Positions 24,871 through 38,009 of a stretch of 64,000 nucleotides of DNA are shown here, piece after piece. Source of the DNA: Macrostomum lignano (taxonomy: Eukaryota); assembly GCA_002269645.1 (NCBI GenBank), contig NIVC01002952.1, positions 1-64,000 on the forward strand, written 5' to 3'. Positions within the stretch are counted from its first letter, which is position 1. Each line of letters begins with the position of its first letter. A program made the translations under genes and the position numbers. Under the pieces are notes generated by a model, which was given only the letters and a program-made list of their open reading frames with translations, made no database searches and had not been told where the DNA came from.

Positions 24871-27800
24871 TTCCTTTTTACAACCAGCTCGTCGTAAGGT
24901 CAGCCACCAACTGCTACTAGCACTATGTGAGCCATCAGTACTACCTGTTTTATGATCGAATGATCGGCGAGTCAATTGGGGTCTCCCCACTAGTTCAGGC
25001 TAGTCAAGAGGTGGCTGGACACCCTACAGGATAAAAAAAATCTGTCGTCATAAAAAATGCCGTCATTTTTGCCATGAAAGAGAAACTATCGTCAAGCACA
25101 AACACACAAAAAATCACAAGCTGATGTGAAGGGGGTCCTCACCACAAATAGGGGGGAATCCCTCGCCCGGTCAAGCAGATGAGAATGAACCTGGCTGGAA
25201 GATTTCCGGAGTACGGTCGTACGGATACAGATATAGTATCTGTTTTTGGTTTTCGATTGTCTCATAGTTAGGCTGCTTGCACTCTATGCCATTGGGCGTT
25301 GGTTCTCATGGGAGAAAATCATCAACTCTCATCATCAAATAATCATCACAAGCCCCTGGTCGACATTTCAGCAAAACTTTTAGAAAGATATTTTGCGATT
25401 TCAAAACAGTTTTTATGATTTTAATATATAAAACATTCATAAGAGTATTTTATTCGGCATTCCATTTAGCCCTGTGGCTGTGCTTTTCAAAACTGGCCCT
25501 CACTTTTCAGTGCTGCATGCTTAACGTTTAATACTTCGAAGTAATCTTTCTATTTTAGTAAACCTATTCGATCGGAAGGGCCTATGCCTTGTGCTCCTGC
25601 TGAGCCTGATGTTCGAGTCAATAAGCTGCTGTCGCTGTGTCATTCCGGTCGCCGAGTCGACAAACCGAAATATCGGGGGTTCGAGCGCGTTGGAAGGAGA
25701 TCCGACAATCCCAAAAGCGAGCCATCAACTGACAACCAACCCGATGTGGCAACGATGATTAAACGAGGAATTCAGGCTTATGACGTTTAAGGAAGACACT
25801 TCCTTATGCGACGCCAGTTTTCTGCAAGTACTCGTAATGTCAATTACAATTGTAGCATTAGTAGTGCTGCGCCCGTATATTGAGCAAATAAAATACTGAC
25901 ACGCCTGGTTATAATTCGCCTGATGGTGTTGGCAAACGTTTACTGATGTATTTTCTTTGGTTTGATGAAATAAAAGATACGACAAAACCGATCGGGGTAG
26001 CTTTAATCCGTCCAAGCCTCGCACACCGCTCCCCCCCACTTCATTCCTCAACTCAAGTCGGCCGCAACTCGTAAAGATGAGAGACTTTTATACCTGCACT
26101 CTCAGAAGTGGCGACCACAGACAGAATTTTCTGTGATCGCGACTTTTCGATGTTGCTGATTTTTTGTAGAAAATTACAGAGGGATTACTAAACATTTTAT
26201 CTTCCATCAAATATTTTGAGCGAGCCGCTTTTTTATTCAAACAAGTGGAAACATCAATTTAATTTAGACACGTTACAGGCGTATGGGGCTTGTCTTAATT
26301 GATTTTCTGCAAGCACAGTGCAACATAGACGTACGCTTGCTAAGTGCATGTCTATGCTGGCACAACAAATCGATAGGGACAAGCTGCAGCGCCTGTCCAA
26401 TTCCTGCGCCGGCGGCGACTTCAACTTGCGGGTAACGTGATCCGGGCCGAGAACTACAGCCCCAACCTGTTCAGGACGCGTCCTGCTGTAGTAAGTTGCA
26501 AGTGTACTTCGTATGCGCAAAGTCGCTAGAGCGGAGTTGGGGGTTGCTATTAAGTACAGCATGTACACGTGCTTTTCACTCACCCCCTCTGTCTCATATT
26601 TTATTACCCAGTTATGTAAACAATCGTTTTACATGTATCGTATTTAACCTGCGTATCGATCTAATAAACGCCATGAAGAGGCTTCGTCAACTCTCTGCAG
26701 TCGTACACTGTATCTCTCTGCCTTAGTACGGGCCGAGTTCGGGCCAGCCCCTCGTAATTATTCTCGTACCTAGCCCCCGACCTGTTCAGGACTTCCTGCT
26801 GCTCTCACCTTGCAAAAGGCCCGTTCAGCAAGGCGGGGTCAGGTCCGAATCGAACGGCCCTTCCGAATCCTGCTCTCCACTACTGTGATCTTTGCATGAG
26901 GGGCTGCGTATTAATTGTTTTGCGCTGTTGATGTTATTGCTGCACAATAGGCTTGTAGAAGTAATTCCCCGTTTATTCTACTACGCGGCTATAAGTGTCA
27001 CTTTGTACGAGCTACATGTAGAAAGATAAGGTTTGCAGTCGAACGGGGGTCAAGCTGCAGAGCAAATTGTTTTTTTTTTGATAGCAATTAAGGAGGAGAA
27101 GCTGTGTTTCCGTATTAAAGATTATCGCCCAGCTCGCGTTAATCGTTCCAACCAATCTCTGCAGGACGTGTGATGCATGACGTACATGTAGTACATATGT
27201 ACTCTCTCCAACGAGAGGCTGATGTGTAGTAGTGGATATATGTAGCGCGTGTCACCGAACACAGCAGCGGGGCTCTGGAGCGTTATTTACGTGAGTCTCT
27301 TTCCCAGCAGAAGTGATTTAGCGCACCATTTACATGTATCTCCAGCTGGCTCGAATTAGCTCATGCTTTAATTCTGCTCCTGCATCCTGCTCCAGTTCGA
27401 TCGTTGCCAATGGAAGAGCATGAAACTGAGATAGTATCAGGTTCTGCCGGAACAGCTAAAGGAGCATCCAAGACGATGATGGTTAATATCTGTGGCGAGA
27501 CAAACACGGCAGGGGGGCGCTGACAAAAACATCACTGGCAACAATGTATGAAGTTAAAAAGCAGGTGACCATCGATTCACAGACCGAACAGGCGCCTGAA
27601 ATGCCAGCCATTGATGAAAGATGGCTGGTAATTCTCGTAGTTGCAATGTAAAAGTATAGTATAGTCAATGCTGTAGCTGTAAAACATTTCGTCATGCATC
27701 TATTTAATCACAGCAAATATAGTTAAAAGTTTTCACTTGTCTTTTAATATTCTTAAAAATTATTTTAAAAAGCCATTTGGCTGTAAGCATAGTAATTTAA

Positions 27801-28987
27801 ATACTTTTGTTACTTTAAAATGCATAAAGCTTTAATTCGAGTTTGTTGTTTTCCTTGAAAATCCAATACGATTATCCATGACTGATCCATGATTCATTCA
27901 TCGTTCATCATTCATCATTCATCATTCATCATTCATGGAATGAATGACCATAGTCCAACACTTCGAGCTTAAAATATCAGAATTATGTCTTTATTCTTTT
28001 AAAATACTTTTTACCATGTTTCTTTTTTGTTGCTGGCTCTTGTCATTGTTATTTTCTTTCAAAAAATAGATCCATTTTCAATTTACAACAATCAATCTAG
28101 ATTTTTAATGCCAATTCCAAATTTTAATTTTTCAGATTTATGACATTTCTTATTGTTATGGTGATTAGGGATTCCAAAATCCCGACAATTTACAATCCCA
28201 GGATTGAGAAATCCTGAAATCCCAATGGTTTAAAATCCCGGGGGATCACTAATCCCAGAAAATCCTGACTGAGAGTAATCCCGGGATCCTGCTTCGAAGT
28301 TCAAAAAAATCCTGGGATCCCGGGATCCCAATATCAAATGTATTGAAACATCTGCATCCAGCTTCCACCACTACCACAGAGTATAATTATGATATTTATA
28401 ATGATAGCTAATGGTCCAAACTGGTATATTTACGCAATAAACTTCTCTTTGCTTAGTTATTGTACAAGTAGAAATAGAAAATTGTTTGATAATAATAAAT
28501 AATATTTATCCATAAAAGATAATTGATAATAATTGATTACAACAATAATAACTTGTTTTAATATAGGTTATATAGCCAGCTATGCAATATCAATATAAAT
28601 TATCAAAGTAAATGTCATGTTTAATGCCACGTTACAGTGTGACTTCTACCCCCTACCCCTTGTTCTAATTAGGCCCTATAGGCATAACTTTTGAATGAAT
28701 TGACATTTTTACCCCATTTAAAAAGCAAAGCAACCATTGGATTTTTTTTCTACTTATGATGCAGGTTGCATCAAATTTGAATATCATAGTCAGCTTCTAT
28801 ACCAGTTTTTCCCACTATTTCTGGGACAAGCCTTGTACATATGCAACATTGGGAATCACTTAGCCATTTCTATTGGCAACATACACATGTAAGTTGCTAA
28901 TTGGCTGAGAGCAGTCACATGACTACTATTCCATCCAAAAGCAACTTATATGTGTGTGTTGCTAATAGACACGGCTAGGTAAAACCT

Positions 28988-30242
28988 GGCATTCCTTCGG
29001 TTTATGATCATTTTTCCACCCACATTTCGGTTCACGATCCCCATGTAATTTTTCATATAAATGATCATAGCTTGCTTGAAATAAACAAAAATTGTTAAAC
29101 TGAGCTTATTCGTTACATTAAAAAAACTGAACGGAATAGCCAACAAATGGTTTCTTTCATGGCATGGCGATGACGAGGATCCTATATATCCACTTTGGTT
29201 TACGATCATTTAAACGGAAGCAATACATGTAAATGATCGTGAACCAAAGCTAGCGTATGTGTGTAAAGGGGTTTTAGTGTTTTACAAGCTCTATCTGAAA
29301 TCGATCACTATCTCAATACATGGCTAGCTTCGGTTCACGATTATTTACATGTATTTCTTCCATTTAAATGATCGTGTACCGAAGCTGAGGGGGGTGTCGA
29401 AGACATATGTAGTCATATATTTATTTGGTGGCTTGTTGGCGATTGAAATGTCATCTTGAGTTAATGTGCACTCCCAAGTAACTTGATGCTTTATTATTCT
29501 CTGCATGCTGCCACCCCCCCTCAGCTTTGGTTTACGATCATTTAGATGTAAGCAATACATGTCAAAGATTGTGAACCGAAGCTAGCCATGTATTGAGATA
29601 GTGATTGATTTCAGATAGAGCTTGTAAAACACCAAAACCCCCTTACACACATACGCTAGTCGCTAGCTTCGGTTCACGATCCCTATTGCAGCCAAGGTCT
29701 GAACCGCGCCGGACACCCCCCTTTCCCGCACCAGACATCTACCCGTACTGCGCCAGGGCCAGTCCTCAGGATCAGTGATTTGGTTCAATTAGTCAGTCAA
29801 TGGCTCGCATCAATTGACGTTGACCTGGCCCTTTGTTGCCGCGCGCCGCCGCCACACGCCATGCCACCACGCGCCGCCGCCACGCACCGCGCCGCCGCCA
29901 GGCCAATCCGCGCCGGACGCCGTCCGCCAAAATGCCCATGCGCTGCAATCAGGTTCACGATCATTTACATGTATCTCTTCCATTTAAATGATCGTAAACC
30001 GAAGTGGATATATAGGATCATCTTTGGATTCTTGGAACTGTGAAATGAATCACTATAACCCCTTTACCTTCTTTTTTCATTTGAACATGCAGCTAGTGTT
30101 ATGATGGATAAATAAAAAGGTTTGGAGTGCTTGTCTACACTGTTTTTTGCATTTTGATGAAATAAACAACAATTTTGTATCTTCCCTATCTCTCCAATGG
30201 GGATCGTCACTAATTTCAATGATCGTAAACTGAAGGAATGCC
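28988..30242. mobile_element. Non-autonomous TIR element (1255 bp) with repeated TTCGGTTYACGATCATTT motifs in both orientations and an internal foldback
   Basis: Termini GGCATTCCTTCGGTTTATGATCAT and its near-perfect reverse complement; 8-bp TSD TAAAACCT/TAAAACCC (7/8); internal inverted arms at ~29230-29400 and ~29520-29660; no transposase ORF. Superfamily uncertain. Confidence 0.75.
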
Positions 30243-30260
30243 TAAAACCCTAGGTTGCAC

Positions 30261-30925
30261 CTGGGTTTTTTGCCAGAGACAAGGTACAAAATCGCACCTT
30301 GTGCCAAATTTCAAGGTGCGATTTTAAGGCTCAGAGTGCAATTTCTCTTGAGTCTTGTTTTAGACAACTGGGAATATATATTTTAATATCTTACATAAGG
30401 CTATAGCTATGCCATAGGCTATATCGCCTATATGACTTAATAGGATTTAAAGAGTTATTTTGTTTCATATTTTAAGGCAGTGCATGAAAAATAGCTTAAG
30501 CATCATACATGTGCAACAGTCGGCCGAGTCGGCTGATCTGGCTGACCAATTTGGTGGCCAACCAAGGAATCGCAAAAATGCCCACCCGAAAAAATACCTA
30601 AGTAGTACTAAGTAGCTGACGAGACATTTTGACTTAATAAGACAGTCATAGTTACTCCTGCCGTTTACCCAAAGTTGCGTTAATTTTGCATTAGGGTTTT
30701 TTACTTGTAAGTCACATTTTTGGCCAAAAACTATGTTGCATTTTTGTTTAAACTAAGTCGCATGGCCGACCGAATTTGGGAGGTTGCGGATATATGTTAA
30801 GCATGGTTAAGCCTTTAAAGAAAAATGGTTATAAGACTGCACCTAAACTGCACCTACTTTTTTAATTTCAGAGTGCGATTTAAAAAATTTAGGGTGCATA
30901 CGCACACTGCGCACAAAAAACCCTG
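30261..30925. mobile_element. hAT-like MITE (665 bp)
   Basis: 12-bp TIR C(T/A)GGGTTTTTTG; perfect 8-bp TSD GGTTGCAC at 30253-30260 and 30926-30933. Confidence 0.85.
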
Positions 30926-31708
30926 GGTTGCACCCAAGCATGACTATGAATAGGCCTAAAATAGGGGTTGGCAACCTTTTTTTCCACTTGAGAGCTAAAT
31001 GAGGTTTTCAGTTCAAGACCACAGGCCATAGGTTGTCCCTTTCAATTACTCTACCCTTTCAATTACTTCATCTACCTCAATTATCCCCCCTTCATTGGGT
31101 CTTTACCTTCTAGAATCTGCCCACTGAGTCTTTAACCCCAAGGATGCAGGTGGCCTACTCTGCAGGCCATAGCTCATGGTCTAGAGCTATGGTCTAGTCA
31201 TGGTCTGATATTTTTCTGAAATTTCAGAAATCATGGTCTAGGCCTATGGCTTGTAAATCATTTTGATGCTATTTCAAAAAATAAGTCTACATAACCGTAG
31301 CTTGCAGCTTTGGCCTGCTGAGTAGGCCATAACTATTTTCTATATAGAAAACATCTTATAGATCATGGTCAATGAGTTTTTCTATCTGATGTAGTCATTT
31401 TTAATAAGAAACAGTAAAAATCAAGAAGATAAATTGCTATAATGTATAAACAATTTTTAACAGCTAAACAGCAATAATAACATAACCTGTTTGTAACCAG
31501 ATGGCATATTGGGTATAACTTCAGTTTCTCGCTCTAAATTATTTTCTTGTTTTTCAAAAATTAATACTAATTAATTAATACTTTAATTAATTGAAGTCAC
31601 CAAATTAATACTTTAATGCTTTTAAACCTGCTTTACTGATTATTTTCTAGCCTTTCCAGATTAGGAATTTAGAAATCTGCTTCATATTCCTGCTTTGGAT
31701 TTATACAT

Positions 31709-31864
31709 GCGCAACTTTGGGAATCACCCAGCTGTTTCTATTGGCAACACACACATGTAAGTCACTATTGGCTGAGAGCAGTCATGTGACTACTATTCCA
31801 TCCAATAGCGACTTACATGTGTGTGTTCCCAATAGAAACGGCCGGGTGAATCCCAAGGTTGCGC
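31709..31864. mobile_element. 156-bp hairpin MITE-like element; a second, interrupted copy begins at ~28840
   Basis: Arms of ~63 bp (GCGCAACTTTGGGAATCACCCAGCTGTTTCTATTGG..) with about 6 mismatches. The homologous copy at 28840-28987 continues after the insertions at 28988 and 30261. Confidence 0.7.
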
Positions 31865-32059
31865 CCAAGCATGTTTGGATTTTGGACTACAACATTGTGT
31901 TGTGTTCACTTTTTACCTTTTACCTTTTTACTTGTTTTAAATTTTTAGACTAAGTTTTAAAGAATCCAGAAAATAATTTAGAGTGAGAAACCAAAGTTAT
32001 GCCACATATTGTTTGTCAATTAAATATGAGCTGCCTTTGGCTTTGGAAACTAAAAACAA

Positions 32060-33779
32060 ATTTAAGTTACATCTGAGCCAGTTGGCAAAGCAGGGGGCTG
32101 CACACAGTCCAGGGTTGCCTTCACATGAGCCGCAGCAGAAGACTATTTTCTTGGCCTGGCCATTCTTGTAGCACTGCCTGCACTGCTTTGTTGGTTGGGC
32201 TTGCGCTTCGGTGGCTTCAATGTGCTTTAGCAAGTGTTGTTGATAAAGCCACTGCTGGCTGCTGCTATGCCCAAGCAGCTCTTACACAACCTGGTCCAGA
32301 GGAGTCAATAAAGTTCTTGATGATAGTCTCCAAAAACTATAAAAACTCCAGTGTACCTTCGCACAATCAGTACACAACCCAGGCATTTCTGGCCAATACA
32401 AAAAAAGGTGCACGCCAAGCTTTGTAGGTCACTTCTAAGTCCGCCAGCATGGGTTGTATGGCTGCAAGGCAGAGTTCAGCCTGTCGACACCACCCATAAA
32501 TCTGTTATACAACACAACTGTCTGTTGCTTCTGCTGGATAATCAGTTTGTTTTGCACAATTCAGTGAACAGGGTGAAGTTGGGCTACACCTTGCGTGTCA
32601 AGGAAGTAAACTTTCTTTAGGCCCAAGCTCTTCCTGTCAACTATTTTCAACGCTAGCACATTTCCTTTGCGCATAAACATGTAGCTTGGAGCTTGGTTTT
32701 CCTGGATACCACAAAGGCTATCTGGGACACCGCAATTGGCGCAAATTGTGCATGTCGTCATAGTGCTCCACTGCAGCAGATACATCGCAAGACGATAAGA
32801 TCTATCGCAGAAGATGTGATAACCTAAATCTAATACATACCTAACTGCCTCCACCAGGACTTTCTCACTCAGAGACAGCCCCCCCACACCCAAGACCTTG
32901 ACCAAATCGCTCATTCTTAGCTCTACTAGAGTGCACTAACAAGTTGCTGACGTAACTGGATCTAGCTTTGTAGAGACAATACAGTTTGATGCCATATTGC
33001 GCTTTCTTAGATGGAATATATTGACAAAACATGAGGCATCCCCTGAACAGAACACACTCTTTGTCAACACTAATTTCTTTTTCTGGCATGTATACACTAT
33101 GACATATCTCAGCTATATGCGTGATAAATGGCCTTGCTTTTGCTAGCGAGTCATTTCCATGAAGTTGTTGCAATCATAGAATGCAGCTGGCTACTGATCT
33201 GTTGGTACCTGTCCCTTGTCAGACAAGTGAGTTGTTGGAAGAAAGATATTGCGTAGAAATCATCATTGCTCCAATAGTTGGCTATTGCAGGCTTTTTATC
33301 TATTCCCATGTAAAGCAACATGGTGACAAACTTCTTTATCTTGTCCACAGTCACGTCTTTTCATGCAGAGAACCTTTGAGGCAGGTTTGGCATTGATGCT
33401 TGTAGCTGGTCAAATTTGCGTCACACCCTTGCATGGTCCAAGCGCAGAGCTGTTGCAGCAAGTCAGCAGTCATAAACAGCTTGAAAAACGCAGCTGGATT
33501 GTCATCGGCAGTCTCTGGCTTCGGTAAGTCAGGATTGATACCAGGCATTCCCAAGAACTCAGGCTCTGCATCTGGCCGTTGATCCTGCCCAGCTTCCCGT
33601 GCCACCCAAGCATCATTTGGCAAGCCTCCGGCGTCTTCATTTGGCTGGAGATGCAGGTCTTCCTCTTCTTTATCTTCACCCTTGTCCGCTGTTAGCCAGG
33701 CTTCTTCCTCCTTTAGTTTGGAGTCAATATCCAGATCAAATTGCACTTGAGCTGCAGCCATGCAAACACTGTCCAACAC
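32060..33779 (-). pseudogene. piggyBac (PGBD-type) transposase pseudogene
   Basis: Fragments in several frames: ISVDKECVLFRG..QYIPSKKAQYGIKLYCL, GYHIFCDRSY, MGGVD (32497-32483), and a C-terminal Cys-rich CRQCYK..CGSCEGNPGLCAAPCF; multiple stops and frameshifts. Confidence 0.9.
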
Positions 33780-36075
33780 TTGGAAAGTATTGCACTAAAA
33801 AAAGCTGCTGATGATTTAATTAATTAATTGGCACTTGACTTTGATAATGTAGCTTCAAGCTTTCTTGATTTGATGAATCCCACAATTTTACTGTGTCATT
33901 TATACCACCCACCCACCCATCTACCCCACTCCACTTTGTGTTTTGCTTTCATGTTTATCCTTTACTGCTACGAGTATAAGCTAATCTGCCGGCTATCGCA
34001 GGCTACAAGGGTGTAAAAAATATGCTGAAATCCACAAGCCATCAAGCAATCTGTAAGCCACACTGATGAATAGAATTCCAAACAGCAGTGTAGGGGTTAA
34101 CCTCTAGTATCTGCCCTCCCCCTGGGTCTTTACCCTCCATAATCTGCCCCCTGGGTATTTACCCTCTAGAATCTGCCTTTTTCCCCTCTAGGTCTTTACC
34201 CTCCAGAATCTACCATTGGGTCTTTACTTTCCAGAATCCACCCCTTAGGTATTTAGTACATTACTACATTTGTACCCCCATTGTTAGCCTATCACTATCT
34301 CACTTTTCTTTGCCGCCAGTTCCCCTGTTTCTTTTCTATTCAAAAGTTTAAACTGATGTGTTGTCTAGTCTAGACTTTGTAAAAAGCCACTTACACTCAG
34401 TTTGTATCTCATTACTAATTTGTCATTAAGGTTGAGGAAATTGAAGAAAGAAATTTCCCATTTTTAGTGCATAAATCTTTTGTAGAAAAAACAATGTGCA
34501 GTTACAATTTACAATAAAAGTGCAGGCCAGATTATAATATTGAAGATAAAGGAAGTTTGTAGGCCGCATAGAAAGTCTTTGTCAGTTAGATCTGGCCTGT
34601 AGGCCAGAGGTTGCCAACCCTTGGCCTAGAATGATACTTCTTGCGCTACTGCTACTTAAATGTTATCTGTGCACTATCTACAAGTATATATTGTTTGTAG
34701 ATGCCTTTTTATGTCCACAATCTAGAACTTATAGCCAATTAATAATATTTCATTGAAAAAGCAAGATGAGTTTTAAGGTTCTTTCAGTATATATTTTTAT
34801 GTTTTTTAAGAAAATTGTAGTAGCATAATCCTTTTTATGTATCATCAATAGTGACTTAACTTTTAGATTTAAAGATTTAGATAATAGAAATAATGTTTTT
34901 ATTATAAAAAAAATAGCAAAGTATTGTAAAGGATCAATATATAATAACTTTTTTCATTAGAAAACATTTTTCATAACTTATTATTTTGTAAAATTATAAA
35001 GACCTCGTAATGCCATTTGACATTCTAGATTCAAATTTAAGATGCCAAACTATAAACTAGGATTCTAGCAAGCAATGGTCAACTTTTTAAAAATCAAATA
35101 TAATATCAATATCTTTAAATACTGTTTTTTCATTGCTAAGCCTCTAGCTTATTCGTCTATTATATCACTCAAATGTGCTAATGCCATTGGCTATATTCCT
35201 ATTGTAGTCATAGTTTAAGGCTAAATTGGAATCTTATCTTAGCTCTGTTTATGTAATCAATATCTTTGAAACCAACCTCCAATGCATAGTAAAGTGTATA
35301 TGCCTAACAATAAATAAAGTTGGGGCTATTATATACTTATCAGAATGTGCGCCTGCTCAGGGCCAAGAGAACTAGTAGAATAGGCAAGTTATGTAAGAAT
35401 GTCACTTGAAGTTTGCTAGAGTACATATATCCTTTGGTTCTAACTAAAAAACCTAAGAGCCTCTGCAACCCAAAGAAGTTTTAGAAGTCTGCAGATTGAT
35501 GTTGATAGATTACTCATCTTTGACAATAGATAGAATAGTCTTTAATTTCTAAGTATCCCAATAGTTTTCAAATCATTAATATTTTGAATAGAATGTAAAA
35601 TACAGAAAAATATTAATTTATTAAACCCTGCTTTGAAATTAGTGCCAATTAGACATCTCCTAGATGATTGTAGATGATTGATCAACTTATAAATGTCACT
35701 TGAACTAAATCAGAATAAATTGTTTGCTGGCTTCTACAAGCATAATGATTGTTGTAGATTTGGCCATAGGTATAAGTAACAATAATCATCTATGCGGCTT
35801 TTTTTCCAACAGCAGTTGCATCTATTGAAGCAACTGAAATGAATAAATTTGAGTATTTTAAATAGCAACCCTTAGAATCAGATACTTTTTGTGTCAGCTT
35901 ATTTAACTTTTTTGGCAGTCTGTGGGTCAGAGAGGCTCCAAAATGTAAATGTTAAGGTAGAGATGCTGGTGTTTTATCTGATTTTGAATTTATCAGCAGA
36001 GGTAAACTGGGTTTTTGACAGAAAACAGGCCAATGTTTACCATAGAGAAATAACTGAAATTATCTGCATGCCCGC

Positions 36076-37119
36076 ATGACAGGCCTTCCCGACCACTCAG
36101 CCGGCCAGTTGTTGCCAGCGGACTCAGCCGACCCACCGCCAGCCCCAGCCGGCCACGTGAAGCGGCCAATGAACCCGTTTATGGTTTGGGCCAAACTGCG
36201 ACGGAAAGCCATCGCTAAAGAGAATCCCAAGATGCACAACTCTGAGATCAGTAGGAAGCTGGGCGAAGAATGGAAAACAATGCCGGATGATGAGAAGAAA
36301 GGCTACATAGACGAGGCAAACAGACTCAAGGATGAGCACAAGAGAGCGAATCCCGGCTATAAGTACAAGCCGAAGTCGAAGAAACGCGCCGCAGGCGCAG
36401 CCTCTACTGGAGCCGCAGCGCCCGCTGGCCAACAGCAGAAACCGCAGCAAAAATCCAAAGCGCAACAGAAGCAAAAGCAGCAGTCGATGACGCCAGAAGA
36501 TCACCTGAGCGTGCAGCACCAGCAGCAGCAGTTGTACCACGCCTATCCAGACAATAACAATGCAGCCGTCTCGGGGTACCCAGCCAACCAGCAGTTGCTA
36601 GGCCAGCACCATCAGCAGAGTCTGCAACAACAGTTGAATCTGCTATCTAGCGCTCATCAGCATCACCAGATTAGTGGCTATCAAATGCTCCTAGCGCCTG
36701 AGCAGCAGCAGCAGCAGCCTCAGAATCTGTACTCTCCATATGTTGATCCGCATCACATGCAGTCGGCTCTTCTGTTGCAGCAGCAGCAGCAGCAGCACTA
36801 TCACCAGCAGCATTATGACCAACAGTCTGCTTTTTCTAACTTGGACTCCTCGGCAACTCTGGACATGCAGCAGCAGCCGCAGCATCAAATGTACAGCGGA
36901 TTGACCGCTGCTTATGCTGCTGACCCGTCCATTTACCTGCAGTCTCTGCAGCAGCAGCAGCAATCTGCTGGCATGGCCGAGCAGATCCCTGTGCCATCCA
37001 ATCACTCGTCTAGCGCCTACTCAGGCGATTACGATGTGTTGGCGAACGGCGGCGGCGGCGGTGGTGGCAGCGCCGGGAGCGACGAGCAGCGGCAGACAGT
37101 GCCGCTGACCCTCATCTGA
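36076..37119 (+). CDS. soxB1: SoxB1-type HMG-box transcription factor, intronless, Gln-rich (347 aa)
   Basis: HMG box HVKRPMNPFMVW..PKMHNSEISRKLGEEWK..YKYKPK; the C-terminus QTVPLTLI matches the TVPLTHI/TLPLSHM end of Sox1/2/3; single exon, as is typical for SoxB genes. Confidence 0.85.
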   Translation: MTGLPDHSAGQLLPADSADPPPAPAGHVKRPMNPFMVWAKLRRKAIAKENPKMHNSEISRKLGEEWKTMPDDEKKGYIDEANRLKDEHKRANPGYKYKPKSKKRAAGAASTGAAAPAGQQQKPQQKSKAQQKQKQQSMTPEDHLSVQHQQQQLYHAYPDNNNAAVSGYPANQQLLGQHHQQSLQQQLNLLSSAHQHHQISGYQMLLAPEQQQQQPQNLYSPYVDPHHMQSALLLQQQQQQHYHQQHYDQQSAFSNLDSSATLDMQQQPQHQMYSGLTAAYAADPSIYLQSLQQQQQSAGMAEQIPVPSNHSSSAYSGDYDVLANGGGGGGGSAGSDEQRQTVPLTLI

Positions 37120-38009
37120 GATTGGAATTTCCCCTTTCTCCTTTGTTTTCCTTTTAGCAGCTTGTTTCCTTTATTTGTTTGTTTGCTTTATTCACTTTGC
37201 TCCGTCCGTCAGTAAAAGACAGTTTTTACTAAGATTTTTATTTGCTAACATAGTTTTTGTGCTTGTAACGACAGCTGCCTTAATTTCGTGTTTTGTTTTT
37301 GTCTGTTTTATTTTTTTTTTGGTTTTCCTCAAGTGCTACTCTCGTTTTCTAACAGTTGAGCGTTAACGCCATGACAGAATCGTGCGTCGATTTATTGTAC
37401 ATAGATTTACGCTGTTGGTGTCCATTATTTTGAATCAATACGTCCTTGCCTTGACTTGTGCTTTTGTTATCAGTTTTTGTAAGTTTTTTTCGTTGTTTTG
37501 TGTCTTTTGAAGTATGAAGCTGGCTTGGCTTTCTAGCTAACATTTATCTTCAACTTTAGCCGCTGGTGTGGAAAATTCCTAACTCGAAATATTGTTAGCG
37601 AACTTATTGCCTAGTAGAGACATAAAATGGAAACTAGCTAGGCCAGTCTCAGTAGTTTCCTACCTCCCTCACTCCACATTGAGTAGGTTAGGTTGTTGCA
37701 AAAGCAGCAAATAACTGAAAGCATAGAAGACCCCCCGAGGTAGTGATAGAAAGCTTTTCTTTAGAGTTGAGTTTGATGCATAAATTCTTGGAACAAGTTT
37801 GAGCTCGAATTTTAAGTCTGCGAGCGGCTAAACTCTCATGCACAGAGACTGCACCGCCCACCCCCACCCCGACACCGGCTGGCTGAGAGTGGAGCAGAAG
37901 TTTTAGTTTGTAAAGTTTATAGTTGCAGTCGCGCTATCATCATTTATTAGCCTAACTGACTGAGCCAGATGACCAGCTTTATATGGGGAATTTGGTGTGC
38001 TTTCTAACC

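Larger units (their letters stand above)
31136..34096 (-). mobile_element. Decayed piggyBac-like DNA transposon (2961 bp)
   Basis: TTAA at 31132-31135 and 34097-34100, with CCCC.. ends facing inward. Both flanks continue the same GGGTCTTTACCCTCTAGAATCTGCCC minisatellite, which marks the insertion point. Confidence 0.8.
30962..34623. mobile_element. hAT (Charlie-like) non-autonomous element hosting the piggyBac insertion
   Basis: 16-bp TIRs TAGGGGTTGGCAACCT / AGGTTGCCAACCCTTG; 8-bp TSD GCCTAAAA/GCCTAGAA (7/8). Confidence 0.72.

Noticed and set aside
28160-28330. Cluster of AATCCCGGGAT palindromic motifs
   Set aside because: Probably a decayed transposon end, but no partner terminus or TSD could be defined.
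31136-34096. Active or domesticated piggyBac (PGBD) gene
   Set aside because: The transposase is broken across at least 5 ORF pieces and the TIRs are degenerate.
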